Virus record (IMG/VR): IMGVR_UViG_3300045531_000089
Location: 1-31,716 of that record
Length of the DNA stretch: 31,716 bases
Reading direction: 5' to 3' (one strand)
Source: a virus
Taxonomy: Duplodnaviria > Caudoviricetes
Shown piece after piece: positions 1 through 8,624 of this stretch. The notes beneath the pieces are model-generated. The model made no database searches. It saw only the letters and a program-made list of their open reading frames with translations, and was not told the origin of the DNA. Position 1 is the stretch's first letter. Every line of letters begins with the position of its first letter. The position numbers and the translations under genes were made by a program.

Positions 1-449
1 CTTACATTCCTATCTTTAAATGTAACGTATTTTAGGAATGGGTAAGTGTCTTTTGTTGCTTGAAAGTCTTTGAAATCTACTATATTACTTGCTTGTATCT
101 GTGCTGAATTATACTCAACCTCTAACCAAGTTTTATTATACAAAGCATTGTTTGCTTTAGCTAATTCTTCAAATTGTTTAAACGGTATAATTTGACCGTC
201 CGAACCTAATAGTAGATTTTCTGTACTTAAAACATAATTAAATGTTTTTGCACCACTAAATAAATATACGTTTTCTCTTAATGCCATCGCTGTACGCTCC
301 CCAAGTTTTCCAAACTCAAAGTTGATATAATCAGCTCCCGAGCCTTCCTCTATACCTTTCAAAAGCTCTAAAGCCGTCGATTGGTATAGTTTTTCAGGTA
401 GATTAAAGCTATTAATTGAACCGTTGTATATTTCTTTGCTATAATCCAT
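1..449 (-). CDS. Mu gpF-like minor head protein (partial, runs off window start)
   Basis: Manual translation from ATG at 449: MDYSKEIYNG...LRENVYLFSGAKTFN...YNKTWLEVEYNSA...YPFLKYVTFKDRNV; motifs typical of Phage_Mu_F; directly downstream of portal. Confidence 0.85.
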   Translation of the reverse strand, partial: MDYSKEIYNGSINSFNLPEKLYQSTALELLKGIEEGSGADYINFEFGKLGERTAMALRENVYLFSGAKTFNYVLSTENLLLGSDGQIIPFKQFEELAKANNALYNKTWLEVEYNSAQIQASNIVDFKDFQATKDTYPFLKYVTFKDRNV

Positions 450-1704
450 AAAGATTATTTAATTCTTTAGGGTTAACATTTGTAGGTTGTAATGTCTTAG
501 CCGTTGGGTAGCCTGTAGTTTCTCCAATAAACTTACTATCTACATCGTGACCTGCTTCTTTTAACGTTTTGACAACATTTGCAAATAATTGATTAACTTT
601 AGAGTCATTTTCTAATTTCTCGGTTTTTTCGTGAGTATTTAAGAAAACAAATTTAAAACCTTTAGGGATATTAAAACCTAATACCCTTAATTTATCAAAT
701 AATTGGTCATTTACTACGTTTTCAATAAAATTATTGTCAACTATCTCTACATTTTCTAAAGCTTCTTCTACGGCTTCATTTTGATTGCTTCCAAGTTTAC
801 CGCTTGTGCTATCAATAGCATCAGCATGACCGAGAATAATTTTACTTATCTTCTTTTCGCATCTGTTTTCTAAATTGTCAAAGGAATTATAACCGCTACC
901 AGCATTTTTACTTTCTATAAATTCTATTTCATCGTTAGGGTCTAATACAACACTATTTGACGAAGCCATATTTTTTATGCCCTCCTCTAATAAATCCCTT
1001 TCATCTCCTTCGTGTTTCATTGTTTTTGCAACGACAAAAGGAATAATAAACTTTTCAACAAAATCTATATTAAAACCTAAATTGTTACGAATCGCAATAG
1101 CATAAGCAGAGCAAGGAAACAGTAACCCGTAACCACAATTTGAATAACCTAAATTATTGTTTGTTTTAACTAACAAACTCCAATCTTTTATTTTTTCATC
1201 TTCAAAATTAATTCCCTCATAAGAATATGGCATTCTCAATATTTCGTTGGTATCGGGTTTGATTGAATCCCTACGAATAGCTTTAATTCCTGTTAGTTTG
1301 TTTTCGCTTATTCCTGTCCAATTTACCCCACTATACCCGAAAAATTGAGCATCTAAAGCCAATTCCATAAAATCATAAAACCATTTAGATTTTAAAAATA
1401 AAGTCCATTCTTCCGACTGATTACCTTTTGAATCTTGGATTTGAAATTCTTTTTTAAGTGTTAGCGACTTTCTCGAAGCCATACACGCCATAATGTGACC
1501 GTCATAGATTATATCTTGAAAAATAAGTTGCATTTTGTTACGAAACTTATAATTATCGTCATATTGTTCAGCCTCCTTTAGAGCTTCACGCAATGCAGTT
1601 AACTCTTGGCGAACTCTATTTGATGAGGTCTTTTGAATGTAATTTGATACATTAGCCGTTTTGTCAGCTTCTTTTTTCTTAATGAAATTATTGTACCAAG
1701 CCAT
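439..1704 (-). CDS. Portal protein, DUF935/Mu gp29-like
   Basis: 421 aa; DGHIMACMASRK, LDAQFFGYS, GLLFPC, FVEKFIIPF, ISKIILGH motifs; sits between terminase module and gpF. Confidence 0.85.
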   Translation of the reverse strand: MAWYNNFIKKKEADKTANVSNYIQKTSSNRVRQELTALREALKEAEQYDDNYKFRNKMQLIFQDIIYDGHIMACMASRKSLTLKKEFQIQDSKGNQSEEWTLFLKSKWFYDFMELALDAQFFGYSGVNWTGISENKLTGIKAIRRDSIKPDTNEILRMPYSYEGINFEDEKIKDWSLLVKTNNNLGYSNCGYGLLFPCSAYAIAIRNNLGFNIDFVEKFIIPFVVAKTMKHEGDERDLLEEGIKNMASSNSVVLDPNDEIEFIESKNAGSGYNSFDNLENRCEKKISKIILGHADAIDSTSGKLGSNQNEAVEEALENVEIVDNNFIENVVNDQLFDKLRVLGFNIPKGFKFVFLNTHEKTEKLENDSKVNQLFANVVKTLKEAGHDVDSKFIGETTGYPTAKTLQPTNVNPKELNNLYGL

Positions 1705-2375
1705 TAAAGTATATTTTTAGGTGTTGAATTGAATCTAATTGAGCGACCTTGTAACGGTTGCAATAGTGGTAAATCATAAAGGTTTATTGAATTGCCTATT
1801 TGAGCATTTTTTAAATCCTCTATTACTTCATTTTTTTGGTCGATTCTTAACTGTGGTATATTTCTTGGAGATATTCGAGTATAAGCATAAAACACAGCCA
1901 ATTCAACATACCAATTAAATATTAATACGCTTCTGTTGTCGCCTTTAGTCCATTTGGTGGCGTCTGTTGGTAACACGCCTACAATTGTGTAGTTGTCATT
2001 AGTCCAAGATGTCGAAACCGTTGGGGTTACTCCTATTGATTCTACAATACAAGTATAAATATTTGAATGATAATATACTTTGTCGCCTACCTTGTAAGTA
2101 ACATTATAGGCGTATGGGTCAGCCGTTGGTGTTAAAAAGTAGTATTCAGCATTATAAACCACTAAACTATCAGCTTTATAAACTTTAGAAATATCAAATG
2201 TAGTAGTGTCTTTAAATTCCTCTATACAATCATATTTTGAATTTAAAAAGCTTGTTATCTTAGCTTGTGCGTATCTTTCTGACTGTTTTTGCACTAAAGT
2301 GTTATTGCTTATTAGCTGTTGCCAATTAGTATCTTGAACGTGCAAAAGGTAGTCTGTGTTAGTCAAATATCCCAT
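1704..2375 (-). CDS. DUF1320/Mu gp36-like head-tail adaptor with inserted CBM5/12-like repeats
   Basis: N-term YLTNTDY...AQAKITSFLNSKYD and C-term DNRSVLI...LAVFYAYTRISPRNIPQLR; central Y-x-x-GD-x-V-x-Y...P...W repeats. Confidence 0.7.
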   Translation of the reverse strand: MGYLTNTDYLLHVQDTNWQQLISNNTLVQKQSERYAQAKITSFLNSKYDCIEEFKDTTTFDISKVYKADSLVVYNAEYYFLTPTADPYAYNVTYKVGDKVYYHSNIYTCIVESIGVTPTVSTSWTNDNYTIVGVLPTDATKWTKGDNRSVLIFNWYVELAVFYAYTRISPRNIPQLRIDQKNEVIEDLKNAQIGNSINLYDLPLLQPLQGRSIRFNSTPKNIL

Positions 2376-2380
2376 ATTTG

Positions 2381-2388
2381 CAAATATA
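2381..2388 (-). promoter_or_regulatory. Bacteroidota-type -7 promoter element TATATTTG, near-leaderless
   Basis: TATATTTG ends 5 nt before the ATG at 2375; matches TAnnTTTG. Confidence 0.5.
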
Positions 2389-2393
2389 TTAAA

Positions 2394-3824
2394 TTAAAAT
2401 TTATTTTTTGATTTTATTGAAATTGTTTTGAAATTTATTTTTCTGCCTCCGTTTAGATAATCTTGATATTCACTTGCAAATGCTACTGTCATGATATATC
2501 TCAAAGCATCACTTTGATGTCCGAACTCCTCAAATGTTACGCCTGTTATTTTGTTTTTTACCTTTGTTTTCTTAATTGTGCCGTCTGAATCCTCTAAAGC
2601 GTATGTGTAATCGTTTATTGATTTTTTACATTTTGGGTTAATTGAAATGCTTAAATTATCAATTGATTCTGCAAATATTTGATTCACAAAACCACCACTT
2701 TTTACAATTGAAGGGTTAACACTTTGAAGCCTTAAACTTGGTTTATAATCTTTTAAAAAACCGAGAATGTCAGTAAAGAAGTTTTCCCCCTTTTCTTTGC
2801 CCGTATCAGCTTTCCAGCTTGTTTTATCTCCGTAAACAAATAACCCATTTACTTTTGGGTATCTGCTTATAAATTCATTACATACGTGTTTACGCGTATT
2901 GCGTGGGTCTTCCAAGCATATCTCGTCTATTTGATAGGCTTGTTTCCCTGCTATTTGCCACACTAAACAAGTGATATAAGGGTTTACGTTCTCGTCAAAA
3001 ACTAAATGTATAGGCAAATTAGGATTGTATGCAATATCTGAAATATGTTTATTGGTATTAAAGTTTTTCCAAAACTCGCCACCTGTTCGCAATCTACCCC
3101 AATTACCTAAACCGTAAATCTGATAATAATTAAAGTCGGTTATTTTATCTTTTTCAAAATCTGCTATTGTGTGCTTATCTATGAATTGTGGACCAACAAT
3201 AAAATGATTATTCAAGTAAGTAACTTTATAAACAACAAAATTATTATTTGCGTGCTTACTTGTTATATTGGTATCTGTTTGTATTAGTTGTAAATTCTCA
3301 CTATCAAACAATTTTTTCAACCAATGATCCTCACTAATTGGATTAAATAAACCTACTATCTGTTGCCCTTTTTCCCCCCTTAAACGCTTTCTAATTTGCT
3401 TTAAATCTTCCTCATCAAATTGGCTTATCTCCTCTAAAACAACACGTTTGAAGCCTACTAATCCTTTTATCTTTTCTGCATCATCTAAACCTCTAAAACG
3501 AATATAGGAGCCTGTATTAAGGCATTCAATATAATTGATTTGAAACTTAAATAAATGGTTTAAATCCCATTCTGTAATTATCTTTTGAAAGTCGGAATAA
3601 ATAGAATCCTTTATATCACAACCGTACTTTCTTAATATCATCGTATTTTCGTTTATTGATAACATTCTAATTATCAATAATTGAACTACTGTATAAGTTT
3701 TTGAAGCTGAAGACCCACCATAAGCAAAAATAAACCTTATATCATTATTGTTAAAATCATCGTCTAAATGATAATAAAGGTCATTAAATAGGTCGCTATC
3801 AAATTCTATTACATCATTCATCAC
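2394..3824 (-). CDS. terL: Terminase large subunit, PBSX family
   Basis: Walker A GGSSASKT, FRGLDDAEKIKG, Walker B VVLEE, FNP motif, C-terminal nuclease H-x-x-DALRY. Confidence 0.92.
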   Translation of the reverse strand: MMNDVIEFDSDLFNDLYYHLDDDFNNNDIRFIFAYGGSSASKTYTVVQLLIIRMLSINENTMILRKYGCDIKDSIYSDFQKIITEWDLNHLFKFQINYIECLNTGSYIRFRGLDDAEKIKGLVGFKRVVLEEISQFDEEDLKQIRKRLRGEKGQQIVGLFNPISEDHWLKKLFDSENLQLIQTDTNITSKHANNNFVVYKVTYLNNHFIVGPQFIDKHTIADFEKDKITDFNYYQIYGLGNWGRLRTGGEFWKNFNTNKHISDIAYNPNLPIHLVFDENVNPYITCLVWQIAGKQAYQIDEICLEDPRNTRKHVCNEFISRYPKVNGLFVYGDKTSWKADTGKEKGENFFTDILGFLKDYKPSLRLQSVNPSIVKSGGFVNQIFAESIDNLSISINPKCKKSINDYTYALEDSDGTIKKTKVKNKITGVTFEEFGHQSDALRYIMTVAFASEYQDYLNGGRKINFKTISIKSKNKF

Positions 3825-4155
3825 GCTTTTTTACTCTAATTTGAGTTACTTTTTGATCGATAGTTCCGCTATGTTCTATCTCTTGTTTTTCAATATAACC
3901 TCTTTTTTTCCCTTTTGTTTTTAGGTAGAAAATAGTAGAAGTTGAGTTTCCTTCTTTTATTTGGTCTAAAAGGCAATTTTCAACGGTATCTATAATATAC
4001 TCGTCAATTTCATCACATTCTAATTTAAACTCATCATCTGTTTGAATATTATTATAATACCAAGCTCTGTTAATACCTAACGATTTACAAGCTTTTGAAA
4101 CATTACCAAAACAATTATGTAAAGCGGTTATAAACGTTTTCTTTTTAGCGTCCAT
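3814..4155 (-). CDS. Putative terminase small subunit (HTH)
   Basis: GNVSKACKSLGINRAWYY HTH plus TIFYLKTKGKKRGYIE; immediately upstream of and overlapping terL. Confidence 0.7.
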   Translation of the reverse strand: MDAKKKTFITALHNCFGNVSKACKSLGINRAWYYNNIQTDDEFKLECDEIDEYIIDTVENCLLDQIKEGNSTSTIFYLKTKGKKRGYIEKQEIEHSGTIDQKVTQIRVKKRDE

Positions 4156-4172
4156 TTTGTTGCATTTTGTGT

Positions 4173-4213
4173 CAAATATAAAAAAAAGACTTGAATAAAT
4201 TAATATCCAAGCC
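4173..4213 (-). terminator. Intrinsic terminator fused to TATATTTG promoter element
   Basis: Minus strand GGCTTGGATA-TTAATT-TATTCAAGTC, then T-run, then TATATTTG (4180-4173) upstream of terS. Confidence 0.6.
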
Positions 4214-4220
4214 GTTTTTT

Positions 4221-4544
4221 TTAATTAAATAGTTTATACCACCATTTGTTTTTGATTGATTCTAATTCGTGTTTTAGCTTTTGAATCTCAAACATTTGAT
4301 TTGTATTTCTTGTTTTTAATTCTTCAATTGTTGTTTTTTTATATAAATTTTCCATTGAAATCATATGATATTTATGTTCTAATTGGTCATGTAATGTTTT
4401 AAGATTCTCAATATTATTTTTTGAAGATTCTTTAGCTCTTTCTTTTAATTCTAAATCAAAGTTTTTCTCAATATTTAGAAGATGCAAATATTTCTCAAAA
4501 TCTACTGTTACTGTTTCCGTTCCGTTCATTTTATTCTCTATCAA
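4221..4544 (-). CDS. Hypothetical coiled-coil protein
   Basis: ORF in tightly packed minus-strand operon. Confidence 0.6.
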   Translation of the reverse strand: MIENKMNGTETVTVDFEKYLHLLNIEKNFDLELKERAKESSKNNIENLKTLHDQLEHKYHMISMENLYKKTTIEELKTRNTNQMFEIQKLKHELESIKNKWWYKLFN

Positions 4545-4872
4545 ATGTTTTTTTAAATTCCTCTAAACTTTTTTTAGCAACTTTATAAGGTTCGTTATTT
4601 ATTTTTGAATTTTCGATACAAACTTGCTTATAAAATTCCACTTCATTAAGTTCAGTCTTTTTCCATTCGTTATGGTAATAATAATCTAATGTTGAAATTA
4701 AATCAGAATGATCACCTTTTGATTCTTCACAATATCTGTAAGATTTATCTAATTCTTCATGTAAATCTCTTTTTTGAATTTCGGTCAATAAATCAGAGCT
4801 TGAAATAAATTTAGATATTTCTTTTTTTATTTCTCTATTAACTATTTCGCTTCCTACGTAGTACCTACCCAT
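4531..4872 (-). CDS. Hypothetical protein
   Basis: 113 aa ORF overlapping neighbours. Confidence 0.6.
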   Translation of the reverse strand: MGRYYVGSEIVNREIKKEISKFISSSDLLTEIQKRDLHEELDKSYRYCEESKGDHSDLISTLDYYYHNEWKKTELNEVEFYKQVCIENSKINNEPYKVAKKSLEEFKKTFDRE

Positions 4873-5129
4873 TATTTTATACTTTTTTTAAAATTTTTAA
4901 TTAAATCTCTTAATTCACAAGCATGAACCTCATTAATCCTGCATTGAACTAAAGTCGTTTTTTTTGGTTCTTTGTTCAATAGGCTTAAAATGTGTTCTTT
5001 ATCATCAAAAGGATATTCTTCAGCATTTAATGGTAGTTTCTGGCCTTTAATAAGTTTGCCTTTGATAAAGGTGTATATTTCTTTGTTAATTGCGTAATAA
5101 GTACGCTTTCTTGATTCAAATTTTTTCAT
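4872..5129 (-). CDS. Hypothetical protein
   Basis: 85 aa ORF, translationally coupled. Confidence 0.6.
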   Translation of the reverse strand: MKKFESRKRTYYAINKEIYTFIKGKLIKGQKLPLNAEEYPFDDKEHILSLLNKEPKKTTLVQCRINEVHACELRDLIKNFKKSIK

Positions 5130-5130
5130 A

Positions 5131-5598
5131 TTAAATATAAGTTTCTAAGTTAGCTGGTGAATAATCGCATGATTTAATTAATTTTTGATTTTCATCTTTA
5201 ATGAAATACATTCCATCAACTAATTCATAAGTCATATTTTCACGATTTGCAATAGTTTTGTGTACGGTTTCTAAATCTTTGCAACTTTTGCTCATATTAG
5301 ACCTGTGAACCTCTCTAAACGCTCCCATAAAATCGCTGAATTTATTATGAATTTCGTAAAACGAATAATCAAAATCGTTTATATCTTTTCCGAAATTAAT
5401 CCACGTTCCAAGCTCTACGTAAAGCGAATCTACTAAGCCATCAAGCCTATCAATATCGTTAGTAGCGTTCCAAAACTCATTTAATTCTTCGTTAAGTATT
5501 GCAAACCTTTGTTCTGCTGTTTGCTTTTTAAACCTAAACTTAGTATGAAATTCTAGCACTAAGCTGTGGCATTCAATTATGTCTATTTCTGTTTTCAT
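5131..5598 (-). CDS. MazG-like all-alpha NTP pyrophosphohydrolase (PRA-PH-like)
   Basis: EELNEF, DGLVDSLYV, AFREVHRSNMSK motifs. Confidence 0.8.
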   Translation of the reverse strand: MKTEIDIIECHSLVLEFHTKFRFKKQTAEQRFAILNEELNEFWNATNDIDRLDGLVDSLYVELGTWINFGKDINDFDYSFYEIHNKFSDFMGAFREVHRSNMSKSCKDLETVHKTIANRENMTYELVDGMYFIKDENQKLIKSCDYSPANLETYI

Positions 5599-5855
5599 TT
5601 TCTTATTTTAATTAATGATATTAAATAATTTATTACTACTATTGGAAATGAAATAATCGCTCCAATAGTTACAACTATTGCACTTAAAATAAAAATAGGT
5701 AAACCCATAAAAAAAAACAATATTCCCATAAAAATATGTCCAACTATTGTATATTTTTTAAAATCACTGATATACCAAGATAAGTAAATTTTAATAAGGT
5801 CATTTATAAGCCATTTAAAATACACTTCTTCATAAAAATCTATTATTTTTTTCAT
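5595..5855 (-). CDS. Hypothetical membrane protein
   Basis: Long hydrophobic C-terminal segment. Confidence 0.5.
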   Translation of the reverse strand: MKKIIDFYEEVYFKWLINDLIKIYLSWYISDFKKYTIVGHIFMGILFFFMGLPIFILSAIVVTIGAIISFPIVVINYLISLIKIRK

Positions 5856-5974
5856 TTTGTAAGGGTAGTAAATAAAATTTAATTATCAATACTTTTAATA
5901 ATAATACTTTCAAACCCTAAGGCAATTAATTCTTTTAACGCTGGGTTTTGTTTTAAATTTTTTTATTTCGTTTA

Positions 5975-6172
5975 TCATTTTTTTATAAAATCTAAAATAT
6001 CGTTATTCTGAACATCTAAAGCTTTTACTATTAACTTTAATTTGTCTACGCTTGGCTCTGATTTGCCATTAATATAACAACTTAGCAAAGAAGTTGAAAT
6101 ACCTGTCAATTGACTTAAACGGTATGCACTGACACCGTTTAAGTTTTCTTTAATAAATTGTGATGTTGTCAT
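5975..6172 (-). CDS. XRE-family HTH transcriptional regulator
   Basis: SAYRLSQLTGISTSLLSCYINGKSEPSVDKLKLIVKALDV; likely start ATG 6172. Confidence 0.85.
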   Translation of the reverse strand: MTTSQFIKENLNGVSAYRLSQLTGISTSLLSCYINGKSEPSVDKLKLIVKALDVQNNDILDFIKK

Positions 6173-6177
6173 TTTAT

Positions 6178-6351
6178 TTAAACTCTTTTGCAACTTGTAA
6201 AATCTATATCACAACTGCTTTTTATAACTCTTTTTTGAGCATTTGGATAAACACTCTTTACAATTTTATAAGCTTCATTTTTATTTGAAGTTTTTACCGC
6301 TACAAATTCAAATCCTGATTCTGTTTTTGCGAATACTAAGTAAGTTTTCAT
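6178..6351 (-). CDS. Small hypothetical protein (57 aa, not in ORF track)
   Basis: MKTYLVFAKTESGFEFVAVK...; directly after a canonical promoter. Confidence 0.6.
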   Translation of the reverse strand: MKTYLVFAKTESGFEFVAVKTSNKNEAYKIVKSVYPNAQKRVIKSSCDIDFTSCKRV

Positions 6352-6373
6352 ATCTCTAATTGTTTAACTGAAA

Positions 6374-6405
6374 CAAAGGTAGTATAAAATATTTAACTAT
6401 GCAAA
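6374..6405 (-). promoter_or_regulatory. Canonical Bacteroidota sigma-A promoter
   Basis: Minus strand TTTG-N20-TACCTTTG (-33/-7 consensus). Confidence 0.7.
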
Positions 6406-6462
6406 TTTATTTTATTAAATATTTTTATTTAATTTTAATTGTGTAAGTTAGTGGTTGGTATT

Positions 6463-8064
6463 TCATAATTTAATTTTACGCCTTAACATTAATTGCCATT
6501 CAGGTAAATTATAAATTTCTTTTTTAACAATAAATAATTCATCGTTATCAATAATATTTAATTCAATATGTTCAATAGCTTTATAAACATGATAAACAGA
6601 TTCACAAATAAAAAACAAAACATTCTTATTAACCATTTCAGGTAATGTTTTTTGTTGATGTTCTGTTAATCTACCTTTAGGTAATTTTAATTCAAGTCCA
6701 AAGAAAAGACTAGATTTATTATAAAAAACAGTGCAGTCTGGTAATCCATGTTTTGATGCAAAATGTACCCAACGACCATCTTTAAACATTTTACCACTGT
6801 TTTGTCGCCACCAAAAATAATTAGTTTTTTCTAAGAAATTATTAACATCTTCTTGTAAATCTGATTCTTTAGTATAAACTTTATTTTCGTATAAATCTAA
6901 TAATTTACCAACTTCTTTTAAGTAAACTTGTTTTTCTTCTGTAATTGTTTTAAATGCTTTTTTTACTTGATTTACATCTGAATTTAAAGTATATTCTTTA
7001 TCAATTATTCTCGAAAATTGCTGTTTAATTTTAAATTCTTTTCGTGTTTCAGGTAAATTATGACGCTCAATATTTCCAAAGAAATCAAGAAAAACACAAT
7101 AAGGTTTACCATTTGCAATTGATTCTTCTAAAGTATTTCCAAATAACCTTATACCACGCCCAGCACATTGAATATACTTTTTCCATTGGTCCGTAAATGT
7201 AGCCATAATTACACATGATACACTTGGTTCATCAAAACCTGCAGTAAGTATTTCAATAGAAATTAAACCATTTAATAAATTATTTTTATAATCAATTAGT
7301 ATTTGTTCTCTTTGTTTTTCTGTCGTATCAGCGGTTATAATTTCAGTATTTAATCCATATTTTTTAAATGATTCTTTTAAATCATAACAATGTTTTTTTG
7401 AACTTGCAAAAACTATGAATTTCCTATTTTCTCCGTACTTAATATAATTTTCTACAATTGAATTATTAATATCTTCTTTGATTATAATTTCATCGTTTAC
7501 CTGTTCTGTTTTTGCAGTAAATGGAGCAAACGATTTAAAAGGAACTAACCAACCTAAATTAATTAAATCTATAGTTTGGTAGTCATCAATCATATAATCA
7601 AAACCTTCCAATAAACAATCGTTATTATCTGTAGGAGTAGCGGTCAAACAAATGAAAATACTACCTTTAAATTTATCAATTATAGTTTGTATTAATCCTG
7701 AATCATACGCATAATGGCATTCGTCAATAATTACTATTTTAGGTTGCTTAATTTCAGTTAAATTTAATGTTTGAATAGTTGCTACCAAACATTTATAATC
7801 TTGCTTAAAATTGTTATTTTCTCCCTGTAAATAATCAACATCTAAATATTTAAATTTATCTTTAGTTTGTTTTGCCAATGCAATACGGTGTGAAGTGAAT
7901 AAAACACTATTATTTTTAGCATTTGCATTTTTAATAATTTCATGTGATAATATTGTTTTACCAAATCCTGTACAAGCCATTACTAAAATCTTTTTATGTC
8001 CTAAAGAAATAGCTTGTTTGATTTTATTGTAAACAATTTGTTGAGGTTCTCTAAGGTTGTACAT
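6463..8064 (-). CDS. SF2 (ResIII/DEAH-like) helicase fused to C-terminal VRR-NUC nuclease domain
   Basis: LREPQ Q-motif, CTGFGKT, DECH, TATP, ILTAGFD, QCAGRGIR; C-term ESDLQ...GLPD...LELK...GRLTEHQ. Confidence 0.85.
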   Translation of the reverse strand: MYNLREPQQIVYNKIKQAISLGHKKILVMACTGFGKTILSHEIIKNANAKNNSVLFTSHRIALAKQTKDKFKYLDVDYLQGENNNFKQDYKCLVATIQTLNLTEIKQPKIVIIDECHYAYDSGLIQTIIDKFKGSIFICLTATPTDNNDCLLEGFDYMIDDYQTIDLINLGWLVPFKSFAPFTAKTEQVNDEIIIKEDINNSIVENYIKYGENRKFIVFASSKKHCYDLKESFKKYGLNTEIITADTTEKQREQILIDYKNNLLNGLISIEILTAGFDEPSVSCVIMATFTDQWKKYIQCAGRGIRLFGNTLEESIANGKPYCVFLDFFGNIERHNLPETRKEFKIKQQFSRIIDKEYTLNSDVNQVKKAFKTITEEKQVYLKEVGKLLDLYENKVYTKESDLQEDVNNFLEKTNYFWWRQNSGKMFKDGRWVHFASKHGLPDCTVFYNKSSLFFGLELKLPKGRLTEHQQKTLPEMVNKNVLFFICESVYHVYKAIEHIELNIIDNDELFIVKKEIYNLPEWQLMLRRKIKL

Positions 8065-8164
8065 TATTTAAATAGTGAGATGTTAATTGTTTTGAAATAC
8101 CTTTAGTTCTCAATATTTCAAATCCTTGATTAGCTATATTAATTTTATAGTCACGTAATTTCAT
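8051..8164 (-). pseudogene. Chimeric 37-aa relic: helicase N-terminal stub plus copy of primase C-terminal tail
   Basis: MKLRDYKINIANQGFEILRTK-GISKQLTSHYLNNVQP; 18/19-nt identity between 8084-8102 and 8646-8664. Confidence 0.55.
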
Positions 8165-8355
8165 TAAAAACCAAGTTTAGGGTCAAACACGTTTTTAGGT
8201 ATTTGATACTGTTTATAATTTTTATTTTTTTCATTAATTTTTTGAAATGAATCTATTTGATTTTTACATAAAATACATATTTTAATGATATGTATTTTCT
8301 CATTTATTAGAAAAGATTTAAACTTTTCGTATTTGCATTTTTTACAGTTTTTCAT
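8164..8355 (-). CDS. Small CxxC-CxxC (zinc ribbon-like) protein
   Basis: CKKC...CILC. Confidence 0.55.
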   Translation of the reverse strand: MKNCKKCKYEKFKSFLINEKIHIIKICILCKNQIDSFQKINEKNKNYKQYQIPKNVFDPKLGF

Positions 8356-8370
8356 TTTATGTATCTTAAA

Positions 8371-8619
8371 TTATTTTATATTAATGTATATTTCAAATCT
8401 ATCATTGTAAATTTCATTCATAAAAGCAAAATCTACATAAGCATTTGACGAAAGACTAACTATTTTTAATCCATCTGCAGGAATAAATCCAATTATTGAA
8501 TAATACTTAATTAAATCTTCTAAAACATCTAATTCGCATTTTGTTAATTCGGTACGTTTTTTATTATTAGCAAAAACAAAAAACGTATTTTTAGGCAATA
8601 ATTTTTGTAACTTTTTCAT
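8371..8619 (-). CDS. Hypothetical protein
   Basis: 82 aa ORF after primase. Confidence 0.55.
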   Translation of the reverse strand: MKKLQKLLPKNTFFVFANNKKRTELTKCELDVLEDLIKYYSIIGFIPADGLKIVSLSSNAYVDFAFMNEIYNDRFEIYINIK

Positions 8620-8624
8620 AATTT

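Noticed and set aside
1-4155. Transposable (Mu-type) phage lifestyle
   Set aside because: Only the head genes are Mu-like; no transposase is seen and replication appears primase/helicase based.
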